From contig OX597833.1 of assembly GCA_951406725.2 (NCBI GenBank), forward strand, positions 73,222,001-73,286,000: DNA of 64,000 bases, written 5' to 3'. The notes below the pieces were generated by a model, which had not been told where the DNA came from, ran no database searches, and saw only the letters and a list, made by a program, of their open reading frames with translations. This DNA is from Octopus vulgaris. Its lineage: Eukaryota. Made by a program: the position numbers and the translations under genes. Positions 1 through 11,818 of this stretch are shown piece after piece. Each line of letters opens with the position of its first letter. Position 1 is the stretch's first letter.

Positions 1-569
1 AGAGAGGGCTGTGCTCCCAAATGCCCAGGACAGCTTTGCAGCCCCTCTTCCCCTATGTTCTTCAGAGAAAAGACAACCTTTATGGCAAGCCACATGGGAC
101 CACCATTGCCCATGATAACTTGTTTATATGAAATAATAAACGAGTTAGTGATGTGATTCAGGTCACCAAGGACAATGTGTTACAGTAATTAGATGAATAA
201 CTTTTCCAGCCTGTCAGCAAGTTAATTAAAAGCTCAATTAGTTTCTAGTCACCTTCAGTTTAAAATAGCCAAGCTCGTTAATGTCAATTACACACTCGAT
301 CCTTGCCAACTTAGCAGTTGCTTCTTTCTTTCCTTGCCTGCTTCTATATCTTGCGCTGACTATCATTCACACTCCCCCTCTCTCTTTCTCTCTACACACA
401 CATACGCATATATATATGTGTGTGTGTACATGTTGACACACAGACAAACACTTGTATATGTATATACATTACTGTTTGGTCTTAAATCAAGTTTTACACA
501 CACACACACAAACTGTTAAGACATTAAGCTGAAGGTTTACTCTGTATGTTTTAGTAGGATACCTGTTAA

Positions 570-703
570 TTAACTTCCCCAAGGAAAAGGTGGTCAGTGA
601 CTCTGAACTTTCAACTTGCTTCTTGCCATCATCAGACTAATGTCGTTGGCAAGAAAGCTGAAAGTTCAGAGTCGCTGTCAAACTTTTCCTTCTCAAAGTT
701 TAA
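570..703. repeat. ~130-bp imperfect inverted repeat (probable Penelope pLTR remnant)
   Basis: AAGGAAAAG..CAGTGACTCTGAACTTTCA..TTCTTGCCA / TGGCAAGAA..TGAAAGTTCAGAGTCGCTG..CTTTTCCTT; CTGATGA on the - strand at 629-635. Confidence 0.7.
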
Positions 704-1239
704 TACATCATTGCCATTTCTCGTTGTTTTCCATGTCTGCATGGGTTCGGTGGTTTGACTGGAGCTTCTAAGCTGAAGGGCTATAAAAGAAAATGGGGAA
801 GGAAAAATATAGTGGATACTTGGTTAAAATTTATTTGGATCACAATGAAAAAGACATACATCTAAGGTTCAGGATATAAAGGGATCGGATCTACAAATGA
901 AATAACCAAAAAAAAAAAAAATCCTACGTGTGTTTCAATCCGGCTTTAGGTTTGAATTATCAGCATTCAAGCTATTTTAGATGTAAAAAAATCCCACATT
1001 TAGTTGGATATCTTCAGAGATAGATGTTTCAGGTGTTGAACAATGAAATAAACTCAGTTTCGGACCGTGTTTTCAAATATTCAAGCATAAACAATAATTT
1101 ATTCAGATGCCGAGTTCATGCGAGGAGATACATTGAAATTATGCTAAAATACTAGAATGTATTTGGAAAATATACATATAAGGGATTAAGGGACATAAGT
1201 CTTTTAATTATAATATGTGATGTTACTGGCTGTTAATGG

Positions 1240-1360
1240 TACTAAAGACAATGAAAGTAGCAGGGGTGGATGCCCCGAAAGTGTAGCTGCTAGAATAAGA
1301 ATCGCCTGGGCAAAGTTCAGAGAGATCCTACTTCTGCTGGTGACAAAGGGCCTCTCGCAA
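1240..1360 (+). mobile_element. RTE-like LINE fragment
   Basis: SRGGCPESVAARIRIAWAKFREILLLLVTKGLS is the post-RT 'RI..AW.KF' motif of RTE-clade elements. Confidence 0.6.
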
Positions 1361-1591
1361 AAATTACAAAAGCTACTGATACATCCCAAAAGTACCTACT
1401 AGAAGGGACACACACGAATATTCACACCCTCTTACAAAGTTCTACATACATAAATAAATTCTAAACAATAATATAATCACAAATTTAACCAATAAAAAAT
1501 TAGCCCCAAACACCTCTCCATCACATCCCACAACCGAATCGCCACTCAAGCTCAACAGAGATTATATAAAGCCGAGATTAACTCCAATGCA

Positions 1592-1640
1592 TTGCCGTCT
1601 GATGATAGTTTAACTGGTTGAAACTTCGAAGTCTCTGTCA
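1592..1640 (+). ncRNA. Hammerhead-like motif, core intact, stem I decayed
   Basis: CTGATGA (1599-1605), GAAAC (1620-1624), perfect palindrome ACTTCGAAGT, GTC triplet (1631-1633). Confidence 0.45.
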
Positions 1641-1669
1641 TAATATTCTTGTTTAAAAAATGTGTGTGT

Positions 1670-1998
1670 GTGGCAACTTGGTTCTGGATTCAATCTCACT
1701 GCATGGCACCTTGGGCAAGTGTCTTCTACTATAACCTCGGACTGACCAAAGCCTCGTGAGTGGATTTGGTAGATGGAAATGTCTGCGTCTGTGTTCGTCC
1801 CCCACCCCACTGCTTGACATCTGGTGTTGATGTGTTTATGTCCCTTTAACTTAGTGGTTGGCAAAGAAGACCAATAATAGACCAGGCTAAAAAAAAAAAA
1901 TAAATCCTGGGATTGATTTGTTCAACTAAAAAAACCTTCATGACAGTGCCCCAGCATGGCCGCAGTCAAAAGACTGAAACAAGTTAAAGATAAATGAT

Positions 1999-2000
<2 letters not shown>
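1670..2000 (+). mobile_element. tRNA-derived SINE family C copy (others at ~9480-9700 -, 14820-14975 -, 15490-15660 +, 18160-18360 +, 39835-39930 +)
   Basis: Shared core GGCACCTTGGGCAAGTGTCTTCTACTATA...GGATTTGGTAGA and tail CCAGCATGGCCGCAGTCAAA.GACTGAAACAAG recur in the window. Confidence 0.75.
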
Positions 2001-2033
<33 letters not shown>

Positions 2034-3159
2034 CCTCATCATCATCATCATTTAACGTCTGCTTTCCATGCTGGCATGGGTTGGATTAATTGACAGGAGT
2101 CTGCACCAGACTTCTATGTCTGTTTTGGCAGGGTTTTATGTCTGGATATATCATTGTCATCATCATTGTCATTTAACGTCTGCTTTCTATGCTGGCATGG
2201 GTTGGAGAGTTCGACCGGGGTCTGGGAAGCCAGGAGGCTGCACCAGGCTCCAATCTGTTTTGGCAAAGTTTCTACAGCTGGATGCCCCTCCTAAACACCA
2301 ACCACTCTGAGAGTGTAGTGGGTGCTTTTTATATACCACTGGCATGGGAGCCAGTCTGGCGGCATGGTCATTGACCACACTTGAATGTTGCTTTTTACAT
2401 GCCACTGATATATATATACTATCAGCTAAGCCTGGTTTCACCCGGTCTATTTGGATGATGTGGTCGTGATGATTGATGTATTTGTACATAGTCTGTTTCT
2501 GAGAGCTATTCTATTGGACCTCTGTCTAATCATTAAAACATTGATTTGATTATGAACATAAAAAGAAATTATATATTAATCCTTATTTTTGTAAGCAGTT
2601 GTATCCTTAAAAAAATTTATTTGCAGAGAGCAGAAATTGAAAGAAGATATATGAAATGGATGTGTGTGCATGCATGCATGTGTGTATGTGAGAGAGATAG
2701 AGTTACAATAGTTGGTTTATGGAAAAGATTATGTTAAATTTTTGAAATGCAAACATGTGAATGAAAATTAAGTTCAGATCTGGTAGAAATAGCAACCAAA
2801 TCTCCCTCAAAACACCCTACTGTATTAATCCGACAATTCTGCCTATTATGTAGTTTGAATGAGAAATTGTAAGTAAAGATTAAGATTATTAACCCCACAA
2901 AAAGGTGAAAGAAGAGAGACGACATAGTGAAAGTTTTGGCTGACTGTCATCCTGTACTCCCCTTGTTGCTAGCGAAATGGTATATGCCGGCTGTGTGAGC
3001 AACTGGTTGTTTAAATGGCGGAACAAACAGGGGAATTCCATTAGAAAATGTTTTAATCGATTTTCTCGGTAACTATAGGGGCTAGGAAATAAATACAAGG
3101 TGCATTACAATTTATGCAGCCGTCTCCACATGTGTGCCATTTTTCACGCGAATCCACCC

Positions 3160-3732
3160 AGCTGTTTGGCTGTGTGAGGAAGTGCCACACCCTAACTGTG
3201 GAAGAGGTAGACCCAGGAAGACATGGGATGAGGTGGTGAAGCATGATCTTCAAACGTTGGGCCTCACAGAGGCAATGACTGGGGACTGAGACCTTTGGCC
3301 ATGCTTGAGAAGACCCATCAAGTCAAGTGAAATCGCAGCCATGGCTGATGTCAGTGTTGCATGTCCAGCCCTTTTAAAAGTACCCTTGATGTGTCGGGCA
3401 ATATGATATGCTTGAGAAGACCTGTTGAGTCAAGTAAAACCAAAGTCACAGCTGTGACCAGTGCCCCCCGACTGGCTCCCATGCCGGTGGCATGTAAAAA
3501 GCACCATCCGAACATGATTGATGCCTGGGCTGCTTGACTGGCTCTTGTGCCGGTGGTATGTAAGAAGCACCCACTTTACTCTCAGAGTGGTTGGCATTAG
3601 GAAGGGCATCCAGCTGTAGAAACATTGCCAGATCAGATAGGAGCCTGGTGCTGCTGCTGGCTTTCCAGTCCTCAATTAAACCATCCAACTCATATCAGCA
3701 TGGAAAATGGACATTAAACAATGATGATGATG
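3160..3732 (+). mobile_element. RTE-like LINE 3' end with (GAT)n tail; source of the most abundant repeat family in the window
   Basis: Encodes the relic RPRKTWDEVVKHDLQTLGLTEAMT.D.DLW. 3' core GTGGTTGGCATTAGGAAGGGCATCCAGCTGTAGAAAC...CCATGCCAGCATGGAAA...TTAAA(CGAT/TGAT)n. Further copies near 2035-2405(-), 12030-12238, 14025-14320, 19805-20025(-), 21720-22090, 23470-23660, 26683-26840, 35962-36540(-), 40810-41180, 48868-48920, 56650-56780. Confidence 0.8.
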
Positions 3733-4369
3733 TATATATATACAGAGTGAGATACACAATGTGTAAGTGGGCTTCCACACTGTTGCTCTACAATTGTTAT
3801 CACATGTAGCATAAATCTAGTTGTTGGTTGAATCCATTGTAAAGATCACCCTACCTTTATTCCTTGACAAAGATGGTCAAGCAATTTTCCTTTATCTAGG
3901 GGTGATTGCAAAAGTAGCTGCCTGATGAGCAATTTTAAAAGAGTTGAGGGCAGGATTCTGCTTCTCTGAGCAAACCCTCATTAACACCTTTAAGGCACTC
4001 TTCAGCTGCAAGACGAAGGTACTGGTCTCAAGCAAAATTCATAAAAGATGAATGCTAATGGTGAAACTTATATATTAGAGAGAGCTAGTCCTTGAATACT
4101 CTCTGCTAATTTGCAATGTTAATGGCCAGAAACCACCCAGAGCATAAAGTCCTTAATTTTCTATAAGTGACTCTTCCTAGCACTTTGTGAGTCCTTTTGA
4201 TTGCAATTGTTACTAATATTCCATCTGCTTTTATGTTATTATTTCTATTATATTCTGCCCCTTCCCTGTTTCTAAGTATACCTCAACATGTTTTGCAGTA
4301 CTTTTGTGTAAATTGATTTTGAATTTTAAGTTGTGGGCCCCAGTGGCCATTAAAGAAAAAATGCCACGC

Positions 4370-7300
4370 AACATTTGTTGCAGTTCTTCGTGTTTTGAGC
4401 TCAAATCTTGCTAAGATCTATTTTACCTTTCATCTTTTTCGTAGTTAATAAAATAAATATCAATCAAGTGTTGGGAGTCCATGTAATTGACTTGCCCCTC
4501 CTCCTAAAATTGTTGGCATTGTACCAAAATTAGAAACCATTATTATTATTATCATTATTGAGTGAGAGAGCAGTACATGCCATCAAAGTGACACTGGGGT
4601 AAAATATACAAAGCCCAGTATACCCATTATGACTACCTGTCTGATAAGGGTACACAAGGCACTTGCATCACAACCACATGTGCGCAACATGGTGATCTCA
4701 TATCAAGATAAACAGCACATGACCTTGCAGGTGGGGCTCAGTTAGAATTTTCTTCTGGTCGAGTAACCCATCCCACCCAAAAGGTCCCTGAATAAGGATT
4801 GTTTAAGGATGTTGAATGAACCACCCATGTTTCCAAAGGTGAATTATCCAAACCTCTAAGAATTCCTTTCAACACACAGCTATGATGCTCCCCCACTACA
4901 TCTGCTCGTGATCAGAGATGCACATATCGTCAGCCTCTAAGGGACATGCTCAACTGGTTAAGGTCAAACAACTGACAAGAAAATCTGTGGTATTGAGCAG
5001 AATATTTGCTGTAGCCCATCTTTTATACCAAGACAAAACAATGTACATGATAACACTTATTGTTGTTGTTATTGTTATTATTAAGGCAGTGAGCTGGTAG
5101 AATTGTGAGCATGCTGGACAAAATGCTTAGCAGTATTTCACCCATTGCTACATTCTCAGTTCAAATTCTGCCATGGTCAACTTTGCCTCTCATCTTTTTG
5201 GGATTAATAAAAAGAGTACCGGCCAAACGTGGGGTTGCTGTAATCAATTTGCCCCTTTCCACGAACTTGATGGCCTTGTGCCAAAATTTGAAACCATTAT
5301 TATTATTGTTTAGGTAGCAAAATGGTCGAATTCTGAAGACACTGACGAATTGCTTCATGGTATTTAGCCCATTGCTATGTTGTGAGTTCAAGTTCTGCTG
5401 AGGTTGACTTTGCCTTTCAGCTTTTTGGGGTTGATGAATTACCAGTTGAGTACTGGGATCAGTGTAATTGACTTACCTCTTCTCCTAAAATTACTGGCCT
5501 TGTGCCAAAATTTGAAACCACTATTATCACTATTACTTAGAATCACTTGAGCATCTAATTGAATGCTTAAGTGATATTTCTTGTCTCTAGGATCTGAGTT
5601 CAAACCTTGCCAAGGTCTGCTCTGGCTTTCATCCCTTCAAAGTTGATGAAGCTGATGATATACAGTACCAGTCATATAGTGGGGGAGTCACTGGTATCAA
5701 CTAACTTCTTTCCTCTCAGAATTGCTTCCCTATTGAAAGCCATTTCATGGCCAACATCACAAACAACACATTTTTGTTTTGCTGAAGATAAAAAAACAAG
5801 TTACTTCTGTGTACAAAATTATTAGCATTAATTTCTAAGACTGATTACTTGAGCTTCTTTGTGGTCCCTTGATTTCCTAGAAACAGCTGCCAAATTCCCC
5901 TACCATGTTGAAAAAGGACTCAATGTTGGCTGGTGCATGAGTTCCTGAAAGAGGAAAAGGCTGGAGTGGAATGGTTCACGGCTTGAATAGCTTTAATCAT
6001 CTGGTTTATAATAAACCTGCATGATCATAAGTCAGTGGGATTTGAACTCAGAATGTAAAGAGTTGCATCAAATACTGCAAGGCAACAACAATAACAACAG
6101 CAATTATGAATTTTCTTTTTTTTCTTTTTTTTTCAAACATCAGAAAGTTTCCTGGATGGTGGCTGGAGAAAAGTGTGGGTGGTACTGCATGATAATTCCG
6201 TCTTGAGATGGTATAAGAAACAGACAGATTCAGATTCCAAAGGAGATATTCTACTGAAGGTAAGTTACTTGGGTTCCAGATAAGGGGATTTGGATGTGGG
6301 TGAAGGAGGGTGGGGGTGGTATTGTAATTTGACCACCTCTGGACAAGGTCAAATTTGCCCTTAATCCTATCTTTCTGGCATCAACAAAAATAAGTACCAG
6401 CTGAGTACATATTTCTGTTGTTCACTTCTCCCCAAATTTGAGGACCAAGTTAAAGAATCATCATCTATAGGATATGAGGATGGATTAAGGAACTGTGACA
6501 CATTATCAAAGTGGGGCAGGGGACATGCATACAAAAAACAGATATGACGATGATGATGATGATGGTAGTTGGTAATGAAAGTTGTTATTATTAAGGTGGT
6601 GAGGTAAGGCATTGAGCTGGCAGAAACGTTAGCGCCCTGGGCAAAATGCTTAGCAGTATTTCACCTGTCTCTATGTTCTGAGTTCAGATTCTTCTGAGGT
6701 CGACTTTACCTTTCATCCTTTTAGGATTGATAAAATAAATACCAGTTGAACACTGGGGTCGATGTAAATCTACTCATCCCCTCCTTCAAAACAGCTGACC
6801 TTGTGGAGAAATTTGAAACTGTTGCTGCTGTTGTTGTTGTGGTGTTGGTGGAGGAGGAGGAGGAGTGAGCATGTTGATAAAATAGCTAGCATGTCAGAGA
6901 GATTGCTTATAAGCCTCTTGTGCATCTTTCTGTCCTGAGTTTAAATTCCACTGGTGCCAACTTTGTCTTTCGTTCCTTGAAGATTGATAAAATTGGATCG
7001 ATAACCAGTCAAGTACTAGGCTTAGTTCCATCAACTAACCCTAACCAACTCTAAAATTTCTGTCTGCTAAAATGTCAGAAACAATTATTTAAGGGCAGTG
7101 GATTGGCAAAATCATGAGAACAGAGAAAATGCAGCATTTCTTCCAGTTCTTTACCTTCTTAGTTCATGTTCAGCTGAAGTCGACTTAATCTTTTGTCCCA
7201 CCAAGGTCGATGAAATAAAATACTGATATTTATTATTATCTTTCTAGGGTTGATAAAACAGGTTGGGCTCAGTTATAATCAACTATTCCCAATTTTCTCC

Positions 7301-7920
7301 CCAACAAATTCCGGTCTTGTGCACTGGAGTCAATGAAATATTATTTAATCATTTTCCTTTCTCAAACTGCTGGCTTTGTGTCTCAATTCAGAAACAATGA
7401 TTGCTCAGGCCATAAGCTATGTTTCCAGCAAAGCTAACTAAAGACATTAAGAATCTGAGATGGAGAGAGCTGGCAGAATTGTTGGCACACTGGAGAATAT
7501 GCTCAACAGCATTTCATGCATCTATCTTTATGTCCTGAGTTCAAACTTTACCCTTCATCCTTTCCAGATTGCTAAAACTAGTAGCAGTTGAGCACTGGGA
7601 TCACTGTAATTGACTTGTCCCCCTCCTGCAAAATTTCTGGTCTTGTGTCTATAGAAGAAAGAATTTTTATTATTATTTTTTTTTAATGGTAAGCTGGCAG
7701 AGTCATTGGCATGCCAACAAAATGCTTCACAGCAGTTCTTTCAGCTTTACATTCTAAGTTCAAATTCTACTGGGGTCAGCCTTGCCTTTCATCCTTTTGG
7801 GGCCAATAAAATAAGTACTAGTTAATCCCTGGGATTGATGTAATTGACCATCCCTTTCTCCTGACATTTCAGGTCTTGTGCCTATTTTAGAAAGGATTAT
7901 TATTGTTGTTGTTGTTGTTA
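4370..7920 (+). mobile_element. Cluster of ~10 same-orientation copies of a tRNA-derived SINE (family B)
   Basis: Recurrent GAGCTGGCAGAA..GTTAGC...TGAGTTCAAATTC...GACTTTGCCTTTCATCC...AGTACCAGT...GGGGTCGAT...AAATTTGAAACC(ATT)n. Best-preserved head at 34581-34800; another copy at 33790-33950. Confidence 0.8.
6144..6259 (+). CDS. PLEKHB/evectin-like PH-domain protein, first identified coding exon (PH beta2-beta4)
   Basis: Pyrimidine tract + CAG acceptor (6141-6143) and GTAAGT donor (6260). Translates (x)SFLDGGWRKVWVVLHDNSVLRWYKKQTDSDSKGDILLK, the typical PH 'W+K+W.VL...L.YY' pattern. Starts in phase 1, so an upstream exon is needed; it was not located. Confidence 0.85.
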
Positions 7921-7966
7921 TTTGCCAGTGAAGTATTGAAAAAAGCTTTTCATCTGTGTCATAATA

Positions 7967-9232
7967 TTAGGTTGTCATGTACGAGATTTGAAGTCAAGTC
8001 TTTGGTAAACTCTGACAGCTGCTCATTTTGTGCCATTATTATACTTTGACAATCTTTACTTCTTTTTTAGAAAGCTGATACATATATTTCTTTATTCTAA
8101 CTAATTTTGCACTTTATAAATTATTCATAAATTGTTTTTCGCTATTTTTGTTTAGAGATGGATAAGTTGGAAATTCGTACAGTTTTGAAATATGAGTTCT
8201 TTCTTGGAAAAACAGCATCACAGACAGCTCGGAATGTTAATGGAGTGTTTCATTCTAATGTTGTTACACAGCAGACAATATTAAATTGCAAAATTTCGTT
8301 CTGGTAACTCTGACCTCACAAATGAGTAATGCAGTTGACCAGAAAAAAAAGGTCAATAATGACAAACTAAAAGCCACCGTCGAGTCAGATCCATCTCAAA
8401 GTGTCTGTGTATTATCGTTATTACTTGGTGTTAGCAAGCAAACAATATTGACTCGCTTAGTTCAAATTGGTAAAGTGAAGAAGTTGGATAAGTGGGTTCC
8501 ACATGAACTCAATGAAAATCAGAAACAGCAATGTTTGGAAGCCTGCATTATGCTACTTTCTCATCTCAAAAATGAATCATTTTTGAATCAAACTGTGACG
8601 TGATGAGAAATGGATCCAATACAACAACCGTAAATGTTCAGCACAATGGTTGGACAAAGACGAGCCACCAAAACACAGTCCAAAAAGCAAAATTCATCAA
8701 AAGCTGATGGTGTGTATTTGGTGATCTGGTACAGGTGTGATCCATTATGATTTCATTAAACTTGGCTCATCAATCATGGCCAAAGTATACTGCAGCCAAC
8801 TGGACCAAATGATGCAGAAACTTACAAAAAAACAGCCTAGATTAGTCAACAGATCCACTCCTATTTTATTGCAAGACAGCGTCAGACCACACATCACAAA
8901 AATGACATTGGCGAAACTACAGGAGTTGGAATTGGAACTTCTCTATCACCTAATCTTGCCCCCACTGACCACCTCTTCTTCCAGAATTTGAATAACTTTT
9001 TGATAGGAAAAATAATTGATTCCGACGATGCTGTAAAACAGTCCTTCCAAGATTTTAATGACTCTAGATTGCCAGGTTTTTACAGTTCTGGGCTGGACAA
9101 GCTACTGCTGAAATGGCAAAAGGGTATTGACAATATGGGTGCAAACTTTGATGAATAAAACTATTCCTTGTATTTATAAAACTTGAGCAAACTTTTTTTC
9201 TTTTTTACAAATTTCATCGTTGACGACCTTAA
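7967..9232 (+). mobile_element. Full-length decayed mariner (DD34D) transposon
   Basis: Imperfect ~26-bp TIRs (TTAGGTTGTCATGTACGAGATTTG / CAAATTTCATCGTTGACGACCTTAA) flanked by TA, ~1.27 kb. Transposase relic 8158-9158 (MDKLEIRTVLKYEF..., WVPHEL, VT*DEKW-like, LLQDSVRPH, LAPTD, GANFDE*) with stops and frameshifts. Confidence 0.92.
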
Positions 9233-9287
9233 TACCTTAGGCACATCTCTCACTCTTCTTCCTTTCATTCATTTTGTTTTAACACAG

Positions 9288-9451
9288 GAGGTCTGCAAAT
9301 GGTTTAGTGTTGGTCAGTACACAAATGGCATGCCGGATCAACCTGATTTGCCAGCCGGTGCCAAGCTGGAGCATCTCTTGGCTATTCCAGTCAAACCAAG
9401 CAGCCGTGCCAAGATCATATGGTTTCTATTCACTAATGACAATGAACTAAA
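9288..9451 (+). CDS. PLEKHB/evectin-like protein, exon (PH beta5-beta7)
   Basis: CAG acceptor at 9285-9287, GTTTGT donor at 9452. EVCKWFSVGQYTNGMPDQPDLPAGAKLEHLLAIPVKPSSRAKIIWFLFTNDNEL resembles the evectin PH segment (G..C.D..PP.G...D.LL.I). Phase 0 in, phase 2 out. Confidence 0.85.
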
Positions 9452-10054
9452 GTTTGTGTATTTCTTATTGTTTTGTTGTTTCATTTACCTTTTTATCTTT
9501 TTTACTTGTTTCAGTCATTTGGCACGACCCTGAAAGGTTTTAGTCCAACAAATAGACCCCAGTACTTATGGTTTGTTAGGTCTAGTACTTAGTATATTAG
9601 TCTCTTTTGTCAAACTGCTAAGTTATGGTGACAAACACAGACACTTATGCCATGCAGTGGAACTGAACCCCTAATGAGCTTCTGAAGCACCCTGCCACAC
9701 CCGTTTCAGCTGCTGATTGCTGCACATATTTTGAATTGCTTTATCATTGGTTCACTGCATTTAAGACAAATTCATGTCAAACTTGTTATTCCAAACATAT
9801 TGGGAGAGAATGAAGCAGCATTGAAGAAGCCGTCACTCCTCACCTGGGAACATACAGTTATTTCCATTTGATGAAATCCTCTTTTTTCTCTCTTTTCTGT
9901 ATTCCCCCTCCCACTACTTCACTCAACCTGTGTCTCATTGGTTATTCTCCATTCACCACATCCACCCTTCAACCTGATCTTTAACAGTTGTTACCTATTT
10001 TCCCTCATCCATTCTTCATCTTGCACTCGCCCATACATTCTTATAATCTTTACT

Positions 10055-11818
10055 CACCCACACTTCGGTTTCCTTCGTCCCACTCATTCCTACACACCCA
10101 CACTTTGGTTTCCTTCGTCCCACTCATTCCTACCCACCCACACTTCGGTTTCCTTCGTCCCACTCATTCCTACCCACCCACACTTCGGTTTCCTTCGTCC
10201 CACTCATTCCTACACACCCACACTTCGGTTTCCTTCGTCCCACTCATTCCTACCCACCCACACTTCGGTTTCCTTCATCCCACTCATTCCTACACACCCA
10301 CACTTCGGTTTCCTTCGTCCCACTCATTCCTACCCACCCACACTTCGGTTTCCTTCGTCCCACTCATTCCTACCCACCCACACTTCGGTTTCCTTCGTCC
10401 CACTCATTCCTACCCACCCACACTTCGGTTTCCTTCGTCCCACTCATTCCTACCCACCCACACTTCGGTTTCCTTCGTCCCACTCATTCCTACCCACCCA
10501 CACTTCGGTTTCCTTCGTCCCACTCATTCCTACCCACCCACACTTCGGTTTCCTTCGTCCCACTCATTCCTACCCACCCACACTTCGGTTTCCTTCGTCC
10601 CACTCATTCCTACCCACCCACACTTCGGTTTCCTTCGTCCCACTCATTCCTACCCACCCACACTTCGGTTTCCTTCGTCTCACTCGTTCCTACCCACCCA
10701 CACTTCGGTTTCCTTCGTCCCACTCGTTCCTACCCACCCACACTTCGGTTTCCTTCGTCCCACTCGTTCCTACCCACCCACACTTCGGTTTCCTTCGTCC
10801 CACTCGTTCCTACCCACCCACACTTCGGTTTCCTTCGTCCCACTCGTTCCTACCCACCCACACTTCGGTTTCCTTCGTCCCACTCATTCCTACCCACCCA
10901 CACTTCGGTTTCCTTCGTCCCACTCATTCCTACCCACCCACACTTCGGTTTCCTTCGTCCCACTCATTCCTACCCACCCACACTTCGGTTTCCTTCGTCC
11001 CACTCATTCCTACCCACCCACACTTCGGTTTCCTTCGTCCCACTCATTCCTACACACCCACACTTCGGTTTCCTTCGTCCCACTCATTCCTACCCACCCA
11101 CACTTCGGTTTCCTTCGTCCCACTCATTTCTACCCACCCACACTTCGGTTTCCTTCGTCCCACTCATTCCTACCCACCCACACTTCGGTTTCCTTCGTCC
11201 CACTCATTTCTACCCACCCACACTTCGGTTTCCTTCGTCCCACTCATTCCTACCCACCCACACTTCGGTTTCCTTCGTCCCACTCATTCCTACCCACCCA
11301 CACTTCGGTTTCCTTCGTCCCACTCATTCCTACCCACCCACACTTCGGTTTCCTTCGTCCCACTCATTCCTACCCACCCACACTTCGGTTTCCTTCGTCC
11401 CACTCATTCCTACCCACCCACACTTCGGTTTCCTTCGTCCCACTCGTTCCTACCCACCCACACTTCGGTTTCCTTCGTCCCACTCGTTCCTACCCACCCA
11501 CACTTCGGTTTCCTTCGTCCCACTCGTTCCTACCCACCCACACTTCGGTTTCCTTCGTCCCACTCATTCCTACCCACCCACACTTCGGTTTCCTTCGTCC
11601 CACTCATTCCTACCCACCCACACTTCGGTTTCCTTCATCCCACTCATTCCTACCCACCCACACTTCGGTTTCCTTCGTCCCACTCATTCCTACCCACCCA
11701 CACTTCGATTTCCTTCGTCCCACTCATTCCTACCCACCCACATTTCGGTTTCCTTCGTCCCACTCATTCCTACCCACCCACACTTACATTTCCTTCGTCC
11801 CACTCATTCCTACCCACC
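10055..11818. repeat. 40-bp minisatellite, ~44 near-identical copies (CACTTCGGTTTCCTTCGTCCCACTCATTCCTACCCACCCA)
   Basis: Directly visible tandem array with no spacers; intronic in the PLEKHB-like gene. Confidence 0.98.

Noticed and set aside
8286-8991. SETMAR-like domesticated gene
   Set aside because: Transposase has stops and frameshifts and no SET domain; it is a decayed transposon.
10055-11818. CRISPR-like appearance of the 40-bp array
   Set aside because: No unique spacers, no cas genes, eukaryotic context.
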